A stretch of DNA of 64,000 nt from a virus (IMGVR_UViG_3300006217_000025:1-64000); one strand, 5' to 3'; counted from the first letter of the stretch, positions 1 to 11,215 are shown. The notes: generated from the sequence alone by a model not told the origin. Made by a program: numbers and translations.

Positions 1-3000
1 AATTTATAAGGAATTTAAAAATGGTATTTGGTTTTTTGGTTTTTTTTAAATCATTTTCAAGTTGAGTTGCATCTTTTGCATAATTTAGTGATAAATCGAC
101 AGGGTAGTTAAATGATTGTCCGATTTTCGCTTCAAAATATGAATTAATATTTTCTAGGTGCTGTTTAGCTTCTTTATCACTGTCATCTAAAGTCGCCAAC
201 CAGTTTTCAATTTGTTGCTTTGATTTTTTTAATTCATCTCCGCTAACATCTAAATTAATATCATATTTTTCATCTAATTCATTTAGAGCTTTAGTGGCAT
301 CTTCTGCTGAACCTCTTAAATTATCTAAAAATTCTAACGGTTCTGTAATTTTAATATCAAACCCGTAGTCACTCAAGTTTTTAAATAACAAATCGACCAA
401 GGAAACATCTAAGTCAAGAGATTTTGCCATATCTTCAAGTTCACCATTGATAATCCAACGCCCACTATCATCTTGAGCAGCATAACCTAAAGCATTCAAT
501 CTATCAACAAAGTATTCAGCTCCTGATGAGCCTTCGGTAAATAGCTTATTTATTTCAGAAATCTTTTTATCATAGATACGAACCATCTCATCGTAGTCAT
601 TAAAGTTAACATCATCAAAGGAAAGCATATCTACAAATCGAGCAAATTGATTCGTTCCAACTTTGCCCTGATCTCTTAAATTTTGCATATCTTCTAATTG
701 ACTTTGAAGATTAACATAATCATCACTTTCTTCACTGCCATCAGCAGCATTGAAATATTGTGTAACAGCACTGGTTAACCCCTCATATTGTGCTTGAAGT
801 TCTTGGGCTTCTTTAATTTGTTTCTTTAAAGTATCTCTTTCTTGGATAGCTTGTAATTTTGAAGTAGCACTAGCTGTATTATTGATAGATAAACAAGCAT
901 TTTCGTACTTTTCAACTAAATCATTGATAGCCTTATCATATTTTTCCTTTTCGAATTTTTCATATTCTTGCGTTAATCTATTTAATTCTTGTGCGTTTAA
1001 CTGAATTCCTTCGGCGGTACTTTCAAACAGTTTATCATAATCAAAATTTCCATCTTCTAAATCACTGAATGCATCAACAATTTCTTTAACCTGTTCTCCG
1101 GTCATACCAGTGGATTTGTATGATGCATCTATGGCTTCATTAAATTTATCCATTGTTTCTGTAACGGAACTTAAGTTTGCTTTTAAATCTTCTAAAAGGG
1201 CAGCTCCGTTTACTGAAGATGACAATAGATTATATTTGTTCTGTGCATCTGCCCAATCATTCGTTGTAGTAACACAGCTTCGCAGCAAATCTAATTCTTG
1301 TTTTGTGTTTATGCTATTTTCTTTGATAAAATTGCGAATTTTAGCATAATCTGAAGCTATTTCTTCAGAATTTCTGGATATACTCTTAGTAGTTCTATCC
1401 CATTTAGTATCTTGAGTTATTCCGAATGATTTTTTAGCAATATCATCAACCAATTGGTCATATTCATTTAATAATTCTAATTTATCTTCAATACCTAATT
1501 GAATTTTTAATTCATTTCTGTCTTCACCTAATTCGGTTGCCAGTATTCCAAGATTATCGTTTATAATTTTTTTGATTTCATCTAAATCTGTATTTTCGTC
1601 TATTGATAATAGTTCATTTAAAGAAATCGAAACTTTTTGATTGTCTTGTATTGAAGTAGCCATATTTTTGATATAATCATTAAGAATATCAACATCTTCA
1701 TCAGATGATAACTCCCTCATACGAGTCTCTGATATACCATCAATCAATTTGTTTATTTGAGATATCTGAGAAGAAGACAAGTCTATTTGTTCATTGATGA
1801 CTAATTCTTGCACATATTCTCTCATTAATTGGCGTAGATGAGATGAAGCGTCAGATAAAGTGTTTTCAATTTGTTCTATATTAGATTCTAAATCTTTGCT
1901 AAATGTCTTCCATATCTCTCGATTTTCTTGAGTGTCAAGATGAGATAAGCCAAACTCATTTTTTAGATAGGTATAGCTTATGCCAGATCCATTGGCTCCA
2001 TTAATAAATTGTTCGTAAGATAGTGATTTAACCTTGTTGAGTGTTTCCAGCTTTTCATATTCATCAAAGGCTCCATTTTTTATTTCATCAAAGAAGCCGT
2101 TTCTATTAACTAAATTGTTATAGTTTTTTAAATATGTATCAGCGTTGTTTTCACGATTTTCTTTTATTACTTCTAATCTTTGTTTTTCATAGGCGTCATT
2201 TAATGCTTCGACATTTCCTTTTAAGCGAAGAACAGCATTCCCTTGTTCGTCATAATAGTTAACCATTTCTGGGAAAATATCAGCAAGTTGATTGCATATT
2301 TCATGATATCTGTCAAATTCATCAGATGTTAATCCAATATTTTCGCCATATATATTAACACCTCTCGATAACTGTTCATATTCATTTGACAGACTATCAA
2401 TTTCCTGTTTAGAGTTAGCTAATAAAGATAATTTGTTCTGATATTCTTCACTTGCTTTGCTTGCTTCAGATAATAATTCGTCTGTAGTCTTAATAGAATC
2501 ATTGATTGTTTCAAATACTTTAAAAGCACCCCAAATCGCTAAACCGATTCCGATGCCTTTTACAGTTGGTGCAAGCTTACCAAGAGAAGTATTGGCTCCT
2601 TGTATTGCTCCCTTAAATTTGTCAACAGTCGACGTTCCTTTTACAAAGCCGCTAGCTATATTCTTAAAAATATCTTTTCCTGCCGCTACAAAACCTTTTA
2701 TGTTATCAAAACCACTCATAAAACCTTCTTTGAAAGTTTTACCGGTTTTTTTAGCTTCTATTCCTTGAACTATATTGTAGAGTAGGGTAGCGGTAGCTAC
2801 TAGTTTAACTAATGATGATGCAGAATTTCCAAGTTCTTCATCAATTAGTTTTACAGGAGATACGATCAAATCAACGATATTTAAAATATCACTGCCTAAA
2901 CCAACGATTTCCGATACTATTGATACTGCTCCACCTAATAAGTTAGCATCTAATAGTGATGCCCAAAACTCTTGCATACCAGCTTGTAGCTGTGCATTTT

Positions 3001-6000
3001 TAGCTATTAAGCTTTTTTCATATTTTTCTTGTGTTTCATCTATAAAGTTTGTATCTGTCAATGCATCTTTAGCAATTTTCTTTGCATCATCCCAAGATTT
3101 TATCATTGCATTGAATACGTTGACATTTCTTACTCCTGCCATTTGTTCAGCTATGTAGTTTTTTTGAGCATCTGTTAAAACGTCCCACTTAGCTGCTAAC
3201 TCGTCTAATGTTTTACTAAAATCTTGATATTCTCCATTTTGATTATATACACTAATTCCGATTGAACTTAGTGCTTTAGCAGCGTTGGAACGCTCTTCGT
3301 CTGTAACATTCTCGTCTGCTGTTTTTGAACGAGAGGTACGAGCCATTATGGTTTTCATGGCATTCGATATTTGGCTTCCATCACTTCTTGTAATTTCGGC
3401 TACTTTAGCTACAGAAGAAGCAAACTCTTCGAACTCCAAACCAGCCTCAGACGCATATAACCCAGCATTTTGTGTTCCTTCTGCTATAATCCCAATTCCA
3501 TTAGCAAAGTCAACAGCGATTTCACTACTTATTTTTTCGTAGGAATTTACAATTCTTCTTTCTTGCCCTTCTAATTCTGTAAACTGGTTTACAACCCCTT
3601 GAATTTGGTCTGCTGCGATTGTCGCATCAGATTGAGAAGCGTTTGCTAACATGATAGTAGGCTTAGCCTTATTTAAAATACTTTCCGCAGTTTCATTAGC
3701 GTTAGCATAAATAGCTGTTGCCTGTAAAACGTTCTGAGCGTTTGTGTGAAGCTCTTTTGCTACACCTATAGCATTGATGCCTAACTTAGTCAATTCACTG
3801 TTTGAAGTGCTCATAGTTTGATTTATAGTAGTTAATTGAGAGTTTAACTCTTTGACAAAGCTATATCCAGCTTTCATCTGGTTCCATGCTCTCATTACTA
3901 CTTCAATACCGGTAACGTATTGTGTTAAGTTTGCAATTTTCTTTCCAATACCGTTTGCCCATTGTTCAGTAGTAGAAAGATATCTTTTTTCGGCACTTTC
4001 AAAGTCTACTAATGCATATTTACCATCATTTGCGGCATCTTCAAGTTTTTGCATTTCAATGGTAAAGCTACGAATAGCATTTCCTTCTATTGTTTTAAAG
4101 CTACCTTTACCTGTTTTTTCATTAAATGAAAAGTCTTGGAGGTTTGAAAATTCTTTTTCGTAAAACTCTCTAATTGTGTCCGAATTAATTTCGTCTAATG
4201 TTTCGACTAAATCACGATTTCTATTACGTTTTGTTCTACCTTGACCTTGCTTAAATTCTGTACGGTACATAGAGGTATTAAGTTGATCCATTAGCCTAAT
4301 GGCTTCTTTAAGATCGTTTATATCTTTGTAATTGAAAGAAGGATTATCTTCCTTAAGCTTAGCAGTCAGGTTTAAATAGATTTTTTGTTGTTCAGCATAA
4401 ATCCTTTGAGCATCTAGATATTCCTTAAGTTCATCTCCATTCTTATCTATCATTTTAAATGGAGCTTTAATTTTGCTTGAAAATTCATCTGCTTTTATAT
4501 ATTTATATTTTTCTGCTTTTTTTACTAATTCTTCAAATGTTTTACCTAAATCCTCACTAGATTGAGTTGTAGTTTTAACAAAATCTTTTAAATTTTCTGA
4601 ACTTAATCCTTTGGCTAAAACATCTTGAATATTTTCAATTCTAATTTTAAGCTTTTGAACACTGCCATCAGCTTCAATAACGTCAGCAGTAAAACTAGCA
4701 ATTCCTGTATCTGTTATGTTAATCTTTCCAAGATTAATGCCATTTTCTTGTCCTAAACCTTCTTGTATTTTCTTAATTTGTTCCTGCATTTGAGATGCAT
4801 CAAGCTTAGGTTTAGTAGGGGAATTGCCTTTACTTTCGGCTTTTCGCAGTTCGGCATTTTGTTTTGTTAAATTGTCAATCTCTTTTTGTCTTTGTTTTGC
4901 TGTGTCTTGTAATTCTTTTATCTGAGATTTTAAACTGTTTGCCAATTCTTTAGAAGTGATATCTTTAACCGAAGTGAGCCCTAAGTTTTCAAGAGTTGTC
5001 TTAAGTTCATTTATTTTATCAATAAAATTTGCAATTACTTTTTCGGTCTGAACAAAGGAATCACTTACCTTAGATACAAATCCACCTAAATCAACATTAT
5101 TTAAGTTATTTACAGCTTCTTTTGTTTTATCTAGGCTTTTAATCTGTTTGTCAGTCAATGCTTTTGGCTTAGATTTGCTTTCTTCTTTTTCTCCGACTTT
5201 AATATTTTTTAAACTTTGAATTAAACTTTGCAATTTCTTTGCATCAAAGGTAATTGAAATAGGATTAATGCCAGATTCAATTGTTCTTTTAACTTTTGTA
5301 ATTTCTTCTTGAGTAACTTCTAGAGTAGGGGATAATGCCACTTTTCCGGAATTATCGTCGCTTATAAGTCCGATATCATCTTTAATTACATCATATTGTT
5401 TTTTGATATTAGAAAATTGCTTTGTTATGCTGTCAATAGGAATCTTAGTATAGGTTTTAAATATTTCTTCTATGCTTCGTGATTTATCTTCAATTTGTGC
5501 CAATAAATCTAGAGCAACAACTAGAGAGGCAGTATCCTCTTTATTTAAATTGTTTTTACCACTGCCTTTACTACTCAACTGTCGAACTTGTGAAATAAGT
5601 TCCATTTCATTTTTATCTTTTAGATTTTTATATGCACCAGTGATAGTATTAACTAAATCTGCTTTTCCATCAGTTTTTAATTTAATATTAACCGGTTTAT
5701 TCTTGATATTTTTTTGAATTTTAGATATGAACTTATCTAAATCGTCCGATCTTGGAGTAATTTGAATATCAGCAATCTTATGATTTGAGATTTTATAATA
5801 AAATTCTTCTAAATTGGAAGGGATAATTCTAATTTTTACTATTTCTTGCGATTCAAACGGTTCTTTGTCTTTTGAAATAGTTGTTTCTTTTTTTACAAAT
5901 CCTGTATTTACTTGCTTTTGGATAGCGGGGAAAATCGATTCAAGTTCTGCTTTCCTTTGTTTTAAGGTCTCCAAGCGTTCGTCTAATTCGTCTTGCAACT

Positions 6001-6853
6001 CTCCTAAACTACCACTAATGGAACTATAAGTATCATTATCTACAAATCTAATTTGTTTGATATCAAAGCTCTTTTTTAACGCTTCTTTCCATTCTTTTTC
6101 TGCTGCTTTTATATCAGATGTAGAAATTTTCTTATCTTCTATGTATTTATCAACAATATTCTGGATTTTATCAAAAGTAATCTCCATTTCACCGATGTCG
6201 CTTTCTGAATCGGTTAAATCTATACTCAATGTTAAATCATTCGAAAAGGCATTTTTCATACCTTTATCATAAATGTTGCTGATTGCAGCTAGTTTTGCAA
6301 CATCTTTTTTATGGTCGTCATTAACCTTAGGGATAACATTCCCTACCTTATCTTTTTGCATTACATTTTCAAACAACTCAGCAATATTTGATTTAGCTTT
6401 TGTTGTAATTGCGATTCTTTTTTTTAGAGGGTCAATCTTTTTTTGGAAACTATCAATTTCCTTTGATAATTCCTTTATATCAGAAATGTTATCCTTAATG
6501 TCTAACAATTTCTCAAAATCAACGTTATTAAGGAACCCATTCTGTAAGCTAGTAAATATACTATATATCAAATCTGAAAATTCTTTTACTTCATTTTTTG
6601 CGTCTTGAAATTGTTCTAAGAAAGAATTAGCATCAAAATCTATTTGGAAAGCTGTTTTCCCATCTTTTTTTAATTTATTAAGTATATTCTGTACTTCAAT
6701 TATATCATCGCCAAGGCAGCGTACTTCTAAATTTAATCCTTTATTTGAAATTTTGCTAAAACTTTTTAGTTGTCCTTCCATTTGTTTCATGGAATCTTTA
6801 TCATCAAAACGTAAATTAATGACAGCTTCCATTTCTGCAACTCTTTTTGCCAT
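1..6853 (-). CDS. Tail tape measure protein, 3'-truncated by the window edge (>2280 aa)
   Basis: ATG at 6853 with GAAAGGAG RBS; frame is still open at position 2; not in the ORF track because there is no stop in the window; TP901-type TMP core around 3100-3900 (QNVLQATAIYANANETAESILNKAKPTIMLANAS...EQMAGVRNVNVFNAMIKSWDDAKK); long helical low-complexity protein downstream of tail genes. Confidence 0.9.
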   Translation of the reverse strand, partial: MAKRVAEMEAVINLRFDDKDSMKQMEGQLKSFSKISNKGLNLEVRCLGDDIIEVQNILNKLKKDGKTAFQIDFDANSFLEQFQDAKNEVKEFSDLIYSIFTSLQNGFLNNVDFEKLLDIKDNISDIKELSKEIDSFQKKIDPLKKRIAITTKAKSNIAELFENVMQKDKVGNVIPKVNDDHKKDVAKLAAISNIYDKGMKNAFSNDLTLSIDLTDSESDIGEMEITFDKIQNIVDKYIEDKKISTSDIKAAEKEWKEALKKSFDIKQIRFVDNDTYSSISGSLGELQDELDERLETLKQRKAELESIFPAIQKQVNTGFVKKETTISKDKEPFESQEIVKIRIIPSNLEEFYYKISNHKIADIQITPRSDDLDKFISKIQKNIKNKPVNIKLKTDGKADLVNTITGAYKNLKDKNEMELISQVRQLSSKGSGKNNLNKEDTASLVVALDLLAQIEDKSRSIEEIFKTYTKIPIDSITKQFSNIKKQYDVIKDDIGLISDDNSGKVALSPTLEVTQEEITKVKRTIESGINPISITFDAKKLQSLIQSLKNIKVGEKEESKSKPKALTDKQIKSLDKTKEAVNNLNNVDLGGFVSKVSDSFVQTEKVIANFIDKINELKTTLENLGLTSVKDITSKELANSLKSQIKELQDTAKQRQKEIDNLTKQNAELRKAESKGNSPTKPKLDASQMQEQIKKIQEGLGQENGINLGKINITDTGIASFTADVIEADGSVQKLKIRIENIQDVLAKGLSSENLKDFVKTTTQSSEDLGKTFEELVKKAEKYKYIKADEFSSKIKAPFKMIDKNGDELKEYLDAQRIYAEQQKIYLNLTAKLKEDNPSFNYKDINDLKEAIRLMDQLNTSMYRTEFKQGQGRTKRNRNRDLVETLDEINSDTIREFYEKEFSNLQDFSFNEKTGKGSFKTIEGNAIRSFTIEMQKLEDAANDGKYALVDFESAEKRYLSTTEQWANGIGKKIANLTQYVTGIEVVMRAWNQMKAGYSFVKELNSQLTTINQTMSTSNSELTKLGINAIGVAKELHTNAQNVLQATAIYANANETAESILNKAKPTIMLANASQSDATIAADQIQGVVNQFTELEGQERRIVNSYEKISSEIAVDFANGIGIIAEGTQNAGLYASEAGLEFEEFASSVAKVAEITRSDGSQISNAMKTIMARTSRSKTADENVTDEERSNAAKALSSIGISVYNQNGEYQDFSKTLDELAAKWDVLTDAQKNYIAEQMAGVRNVNVFNAMIKSWDDAKKIAKDALTDTNFIDETQEKYEKSLIAKNAQLQAGMQEFWASLLDANLLGGAVSIVSEIVGLGSDILNIVDLIVSPVKLIDEELGNSASSLVKLVATATLLYNIVQGIEAKKTGKTFKEGFMSGFDNIKGFVAAGKDIFKNIASGFVKGTSTVDKFKGAIQGANTSLGKLAPTVKGIGIGLAIWGAFKVFETINDSIKTTDELLSEASKASEEYQNKLSLLANSKQEIDSLSNEYEQLSRGVNIYGENIGLTSDEFDRYHEICNQLADIFPEMVNYYDEQGNAVLRLKGNVEALNDAYEKQRLEVIKENRENNADTYLKNYNNLVNRNGFFDEIKNGAFDEYEKLETLNKVKSLSYEQFINGANGSGISYTYLKNEFGLSHLDTQENREIWKTFSKDLESNIEQIENTLSDASSHLRQLMREYVQELVINEQIDLSSSQISQINKLIDGISETRMRELSSDEDVDILNDYIKNMATSIQDNQKVSISLNELLSIDENTDLDEIKKIINDNLGILATELGEDRNELKIQLGIEDKLELLNEYDQLVDDIAKKSFGITQDTKWDRTTKSISRNSEEIASDYAKIRNFIKENSINTKQELDLLRSCVTTTNDWADAQNKYNLLSSSVNGAALLEDLKANLSSVTETMDKFNEAIDASYKSTGMTGEQVKEIVDAFSDLEDGNFDYDKLFESTAEGIQLNAQELNRLTQEYEKFEKEKYDKAINDLVEKYENACLSINNTASATSKLQAIQERDTLKKQIKEAQELQAQYEGLTSAVTQYFNAADGSEESDDYVNLQSQLEDMQNLRDQGKVGTNQFARFVDMLSFDDVNFNDYDEMVRIYDKKISEINKLFTEGSSGAEYFVDRLNALGYAAQDDSGRWIINGELEDMAKSLDLDVSLVDLLFKNLSDYGFDIKITEPLEFLDNLRGSAEDATKALNELDEKYDINLDVSGDELKKSKQQIENWLATLDDSDKEAKQHLENINSYFEAKIGQSFNYPVDLSLNYAKDATQLENDLKKTKKPNTIFKFLIN

Positions 6854-6881
6854 AAAACTTCTCCTTTCATAAGATTTCAAA

Positions 6882-6909
6882 TAAAAAAAGAGCAGGGGAG
6901 TTCCTGCTC
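6882..6909 (-). terminator. Rho-independent terminator
   Basis: GAGCAGG/CCTGCTC 7-bp stem followed by T8 on the minus strand. Confidence 0.75.
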
Positions 6910-7273
6910 AAACATAATTATCGAATATTTTTATATGCTTTAAATTAATGCTTTTTAATTCATAAAACTGTATTGTAGTAATTAAACCATTTTGTGTAAA
7001 AAAAATAAACATTTCCTCTTCAATTCGTAAGACGGAATTATAAAAGGGAATGTTTTTATATTTATTTTGCTATATCTTATGGGACAAGTCACAAACAAGT
7101 AACTAACTGAGTGTAGATATAGAAGTCTACAATTTAATATTTTTAGTTTGTTTTGTACCTATAATATGTAAAAAAAGTTTTTTATATGTAATAAGAAAAT
7201 AATCCTTCATTTTGTAAAACAAATATAGGATATTGAAAAGAATTGTTAAGTTTTTCTATCTTTTTATGTAACT

Positions 7274-7684
7274 TTAAATTTCTTTAAACCATTTTTCTAA
7301 AACATCAACAAGACGTGTATTAAATAGATATTTCACTATAAAGAAAATCATAGCAATAAATTCAGCAATAATTGTAGTAGTAAAAAACATCATAACATCA
7401 ATTAATTTAAAAAATTCTGCCTCAGTAAATATACTAAAGAAACCATGAACACTTAAAACAAACAATACGAATATTGAGAAAAAGACTAATTCCCATTTTA
7501 GAAAACTAAATATTATGTCTTTTGTTTCACTTCTAGGTTTAAATAAGTCTGTCTCTTGTTTTACCACATTGTCAATCAGTTGTTTTCTAATAAATAATTT
7601 CTTAACATCCAAATCTTCATTAGTAAAGACAAAATCGTCATCAGTTGTCTCTAGTTGTTGTTCTAATTCATCGAAATTATCCAT
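7274..7684 (-). CDS. Small membrane protein (two TM segments), moron
   Basis: ORF track; hydrophobic stretches LVFFSIFVLFVLSV and FFTTTIIAEFIAMIFFIVKYLF. Confidence 0.7.
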   Translation of the reverse strand: MDNFDELEQQLETTDDDFVFTNEDLDVKKLFIRKQLIDNVVKQETDLFKPRSETKDIIFSFLKWELVFFSIFVLFVLSVHGFFSIFTEAEFFKLIDVMMFFTTTIIAEFIAMIFFIVKYLFNTRLVDVLEKWFKEI

Positions 7685-7689
7685 AATGA

Positions 7690-8316
7690 CTATTGAATGA
7701 TTTTTAAATTTAATTCCTTAAATCTTATTTCTACCGATTTAACAGGAACTTCAAAATAAGTAGATAATTTCAAAATTAAATCATAATTTTTGAAGTTTTT
7801 TGAAAATTCACGATATTTTTTTAGAAAAGCATCTTTAGGCATTAGTAAACAAGCGGCAAAATAACTAGCTCTGTTTTCTTTTATGATTTCTTCTTTTTCG
7901 ACAGGGGGAGTTGACTTAAATGAGGCATTTAAAAATTTGTTATTACTCTCAAGAGAAAAATCATTAAATTCAAACAAATAATGTCCAAGCTCATGAGCAA
8001 TAATAAATCTCTTTTTAAACATATTTTCTTTTTTATTTAATTTAATTATTTTTTTATTCTTGAATTTATCTATATTTTCATCATTAATAGATATAAACCC
8101 TTCTACATTTTCTTCTCTGAACTGACTGCTATAAATTGAAAATCCCATTGCCCTAGCTATTTTTACAACATCAACATAGTCAGCATCTCCAATATAATAA
8201 TTTAAAATCATATTAACAATCTCATCTATTTGATCTCTGTTTTTTTCAACAGTATATTCAGTAATTACATTAAAATCGCTTTTCACAAGTTCCACAATTG
8301 GACACACCCAAATCAC
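7690..8316 (-). CDS. ImmA/IrrE-family metallopeptidase
   Basis: RFIIAHELGHY (HExxH) and ENRASYFAACLLMP motifs. Confidence 0.85.
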   Translation of the reverse strand: MIWVCPIVELVKSDFNVITEYTVEKNRDQIDEIVNMILNYYIGDADYVDVVKIARAMGFSIYSSQFREENVEGFISINDENIDKFKNKKIIKLNKKENMFKKRFIIAHELGHYLFEFNDFSLESNNKFLNASFKSTPPVEKEEIIKENRASYFAACLLMPKDAFLKKYREFSKNFKNYDLILKLSTYFEVPVKSVEIRFKELNLKIIQ

Positions 8317-8826
8317 CTCTTCATCACCTCAAGACAAGAATATCATACATGTCTTGGTATATTTTTGTCTATTTTGTAAAATGCATAACTTTTGTCCCTA
8401 TAAAAGCTATACCGTTACAGAAAATAGGCTGAATATATCCACATCCAACCCTTTGTAAATATATTCTTTTTAGAACTTTGTCATTTCTGACGCTTATATT
8501 ATACAGGAATTTCTAAAATCTGTCAATAATATGTCTATTTATGTCGATTTCTCACCCTCAATATGTTTATAAATGGGAGAAAATTCAATTTTGCTATTGT
8601 AAATCATTGTGGTTAATGTTATAATACATACGATTTAAATCATAAAGTTCGTATTTTTCATTAAGTTGTTACGTGCGAAACTTGGAAAGAAACTTTTGCT
8701 TTCTTTGGTTAAATTCAAAGCGAGCTATGTAGACGTACATAAAGTTTCTTTTTTTATTTGTCGAATTTTATAAATTAAACTAGGTTTTTATTAGAAATAT
8801 GGTAGAATTATTCAAAATAAGGAAAG

Positions 8827-9036
8827 GTGGACTTTATGAAAGATTTTAATGAATTTAAACAAATACTGCAAGACAATAATGCTCAAAGTTTGGCATTAGA
8901 CAATATAACCAAATTGTTAAAAGAATCGAAATTAGAAAAAATGGATCTCACTGCTGCTTGTAAACTTAGTGCAGCGGCTTCTTATTTAACTTTCTTGGAT
9001 GTATTGGAATTTTATCACTGGTGGTTAAATTCTTAA
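8827..9036 (+). CDS. Hypothetical protein (moron)
   Basis: AAGGAAAG RBS before GTG; 69 aa. Confidence 0.55.
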   Translation: MDFMKDFNEFKQILQDNNAQSLALDNITKLLKESKLEKMDLTAACKLSAAASYLTFLDVLEFYHWWLNS

Positions 9037-9373
9037 AATTCTTATCAATTCTTTTTTTGACATTGTTGTTGCATTTTAGGTTTTAATAAATCTGTCTTAA
9101 TTCATGCTAGATAAATATCTAGTTTTTTAATTTTACAAATAGTTCTTAAAATTCTTTTAAACTGCTTATGCAGAAATATTATCCATTCTGCAATACCAAA
9201 TAATTGAAAACTATTTCTAACATTTTTATAATTACAAGAAAATTTTACCAATACACTTTTCTATTTTTAATGTTTACAGCAATAAGGAAAGATATGTTTC
9301 CGATATAGTACACATTCACTTGTTTTCAAATTATAAAAATGTTAAAGTAAAAAAAATAGAAGGAGGGTGTAAT

Positions 9374-9610
9374 ATGATATTAACAATTCATACTAGAGGG
9401 GGAAACAAAGAAACATTTAAAAATGAATTTTCCATTAATGGAAGAGTGCTAAAAGATGAAGAATCATGTATTGAATATCTTACAGATATTATTTCTAATC
9501 AATCAAGCCAATCTTTGAAGATCAGAAAATACAATACGAGCTCATCAAAAAGTTCAAATGAGATATATGTATTTCCTGTTTCTTCATTAGATTACTTCAC
9601 ATTTGAATAA
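9374..9610 (+). CDS. Hypothetical protein (moron)
   Basis: AGGAGG RBS then ATG at 9374 (track start 9320 probably too long). Confidence 0.65.
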   Translation: MILTIHTRGGNKETFKNEFSINGRVLKDEESCIEYLTDIISNQSSQSLKIRKYNTSSSKSSNEIYVFPVSSLDYFTFE

Positions 9611-9642
9611 TCTATTAAGATTCCGAACTTGGCTCGTTGTTC

Positions 9643-9701
9643 AATAAGAACTTTACAATTTCCATGATAGTCAAACTATCTGATTTGTGAAAGTTCTTAT
9701 T
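9643..9701. terminator. Long hairpin between convergent genes, probable bidirectional terminator
   Basis: AATAAGAACTTT/AAAGTTCTTATT 12-bp outer stem with inner GATAGT/ACTATC stem. Confidence 0.55.
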
Positions 9702-9750
9702 TTATTTTTCAATAAATTTCATAATTTTTCATTAGATTATCCATCTGTTT

Positions 9751-10275
9751 CTACTTATTTATTTTTGATTTCACGGAACTTTCCCACTGACTCCATAATA
9801 CAGATGTCTCTAAGACGCCAAGCAGGGGAGGCCGCTGAATAAAATTATCATTTATCCAAATTCTATTTTCATCTAAATGATGCGGCCCCCATAATTTGTC
9901 ATGATTAACTGGTTTTGTTCCTCTTGCCGGCAAACCAATAATACCTTGATTTAATTGCAAATCAAGTACGTATAAGCTACTATCCATATCTGTTTCATGA
10001 TATTTACTCCATTGAGATGCACTTCCATAAAATAATAAACTTGGGTCTATATATGAAAGAACAGATACTTGAGCTCTATTTTCGCTATATACACGAATAA
10101 TAGGTTTATGTATCGTTGCAGCTATCATACTTTCTCCATTATATTCTCTAAACCAATTTCTAACTATCTGATCTCTAATTTCCTCAGAAGCTTGTTTTCC
10201 TGCTTGTGCATATAATTCAGCAGTTTGTTTCAAAGTGTTTCTTTTGAACTCATTTATTGTATTTTTATCAAACAT
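9751..10275 (-). CDS. Hypothetical tail-region protein
   Basis: ORF track; co-oriented with the tail operon. Confidence 0.6.
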   Translation of the reverse strand: MFDKNTINEFKRNTLKQTAELYAQAGKQASEEIRDQIVRNWFREYNGESMIAATIHKPIIRVYSENRAQVSVLSYIDPSLLFYGSASQWSKYHETDMDSSLYVLDLQLNQGIIGLPARGTKPVNHDKLWGPHHLDENRIWINDNFIQRPPLLGVLETSVLWSQWESSVKSKINK

Positions 10276-10278
10276 ATT

Positions 10279-10635
10279 TTAACCATTATTCGTACTTTTA
10301 ATATGAACTAAATTTTGCAATAATAGGCAATCCTGACCGATTGCTTCTATAATCTTAGAAATCAAATCTAATTCCTGTAACTTATCGTAATTTTCATAAG
10401 TTAATTCAAAATCTTGGATATCAGTATAATACTTTACTATCAGCAAATTAAAGAAAACATATCCAACTAAACCAGAATAACTAGAGAAATCTTTGATGTG
10501 TTCCGAAGTTAAATCTTCTAATTCTTCAATTAATTTCATCTTTTCTTCTATTTTGATGTATTTTTTTATTTTACAATTTCTAGACAATTCAGCTTTAGGC
10601 ATTTTCATCGTTGAAACAAATTCATTTATTTCCAT
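10279..10635 (-). CDS. Hypothetical protein, possible tail assembly chaperone
   Basis: ORF track; similar N-terminus to its neighbour (IKKYIKIEEK vs IKKYIPISAK); position upstream of TMP. Confidence 0.55.
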   Translation of the reverse strand: MEINEFVSTMKMPKAELSRNCKIKKYIKIEEKMKLIEELEDLTSEHIKDFSSYSGLVGYVFFNLLIVKYYTDIQDFELTYENYDKLQELDLISKIIEAIGQDCLLLQNLVHIKSTNNG

Positions 10636-10636
10636 A

Positions 10637-11215
10637 TTATTCACCACGTTTTAAATCAAGAGGATTTAAAGTTGACAAATCTGGCATTTTTACAGCTAAC
10701 ATCTCAATACCTTTTGATAAGTATTTAGCAATTTTATTTGGATCGCCCTTATCTAGCATTGTATTGACATGTTGCATTGTTTCGTCAAAAACTCCTAAAA
10801 CCTTTTGAGATAACATATAAGTTATTTGAGAAAGATTAGAATTTTTTTGCTCAAATTCACGTATTTTATTGTAAACAACGACTTCTACACTAAGCAATGA
10901 ATTTTCTTCAATATTTACAATATAATTATAGAGATTTGTTGTTTGCATTAAGTCAAATACTTCATATATATTATCACTTAAATCAATATTCGTATAATAA
11001 GCAACTAAAGCGTAGCAAAGTGCAATTTCCTTCAAATTATAATCAATAAATTTATATCCAACCTCTGATTCTTTTGTTGCTAACTCAATAATAGTATCAG
11101 CTATTTCTAGCTTTGCACTAATTGGTATATATTTTTTAATATTAATCATAGTTAGAATTTCATTTAATTCTTTCCCTTTTAATTCTTCCATTTTTACTGT
11201 ATTTTCGTTCTTCAT
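10637..11215 (-). CDS. Hypothetical protein, possible tail assembly chaperone
   Basis: ORF track with GGAG RBS; tail operon context. Confidence 0.55.
   Translation of the reverse strand: MKNENTVKMEELKGKELNEILTMINIKKYIPISAKLEIADTIIELATKESEVGYKFIDYNLKEIALCYALVAYYTNIDLSDNIYEVFDLMQTTNLYNYIVNIEENSLLSVEVVVYNKIREFEQKNSNLSQITYMLSQKVLGVFDETMQHVNTMLDKGDPNKIAKYLSKGIEMLAVKMPDLSTLNPLDLKRGE

Noticed and set aside
1110-6608. Plus-strand ORFs in the track (1110-1349, 2457-2768, 3285-3542, 3852-4163, 5472-6608 etc.)
   Set aside because: Antisense shadows of the long tape measure gene; no RBS and Ser/Phe/Leu-rich composition typical of reverse frames.
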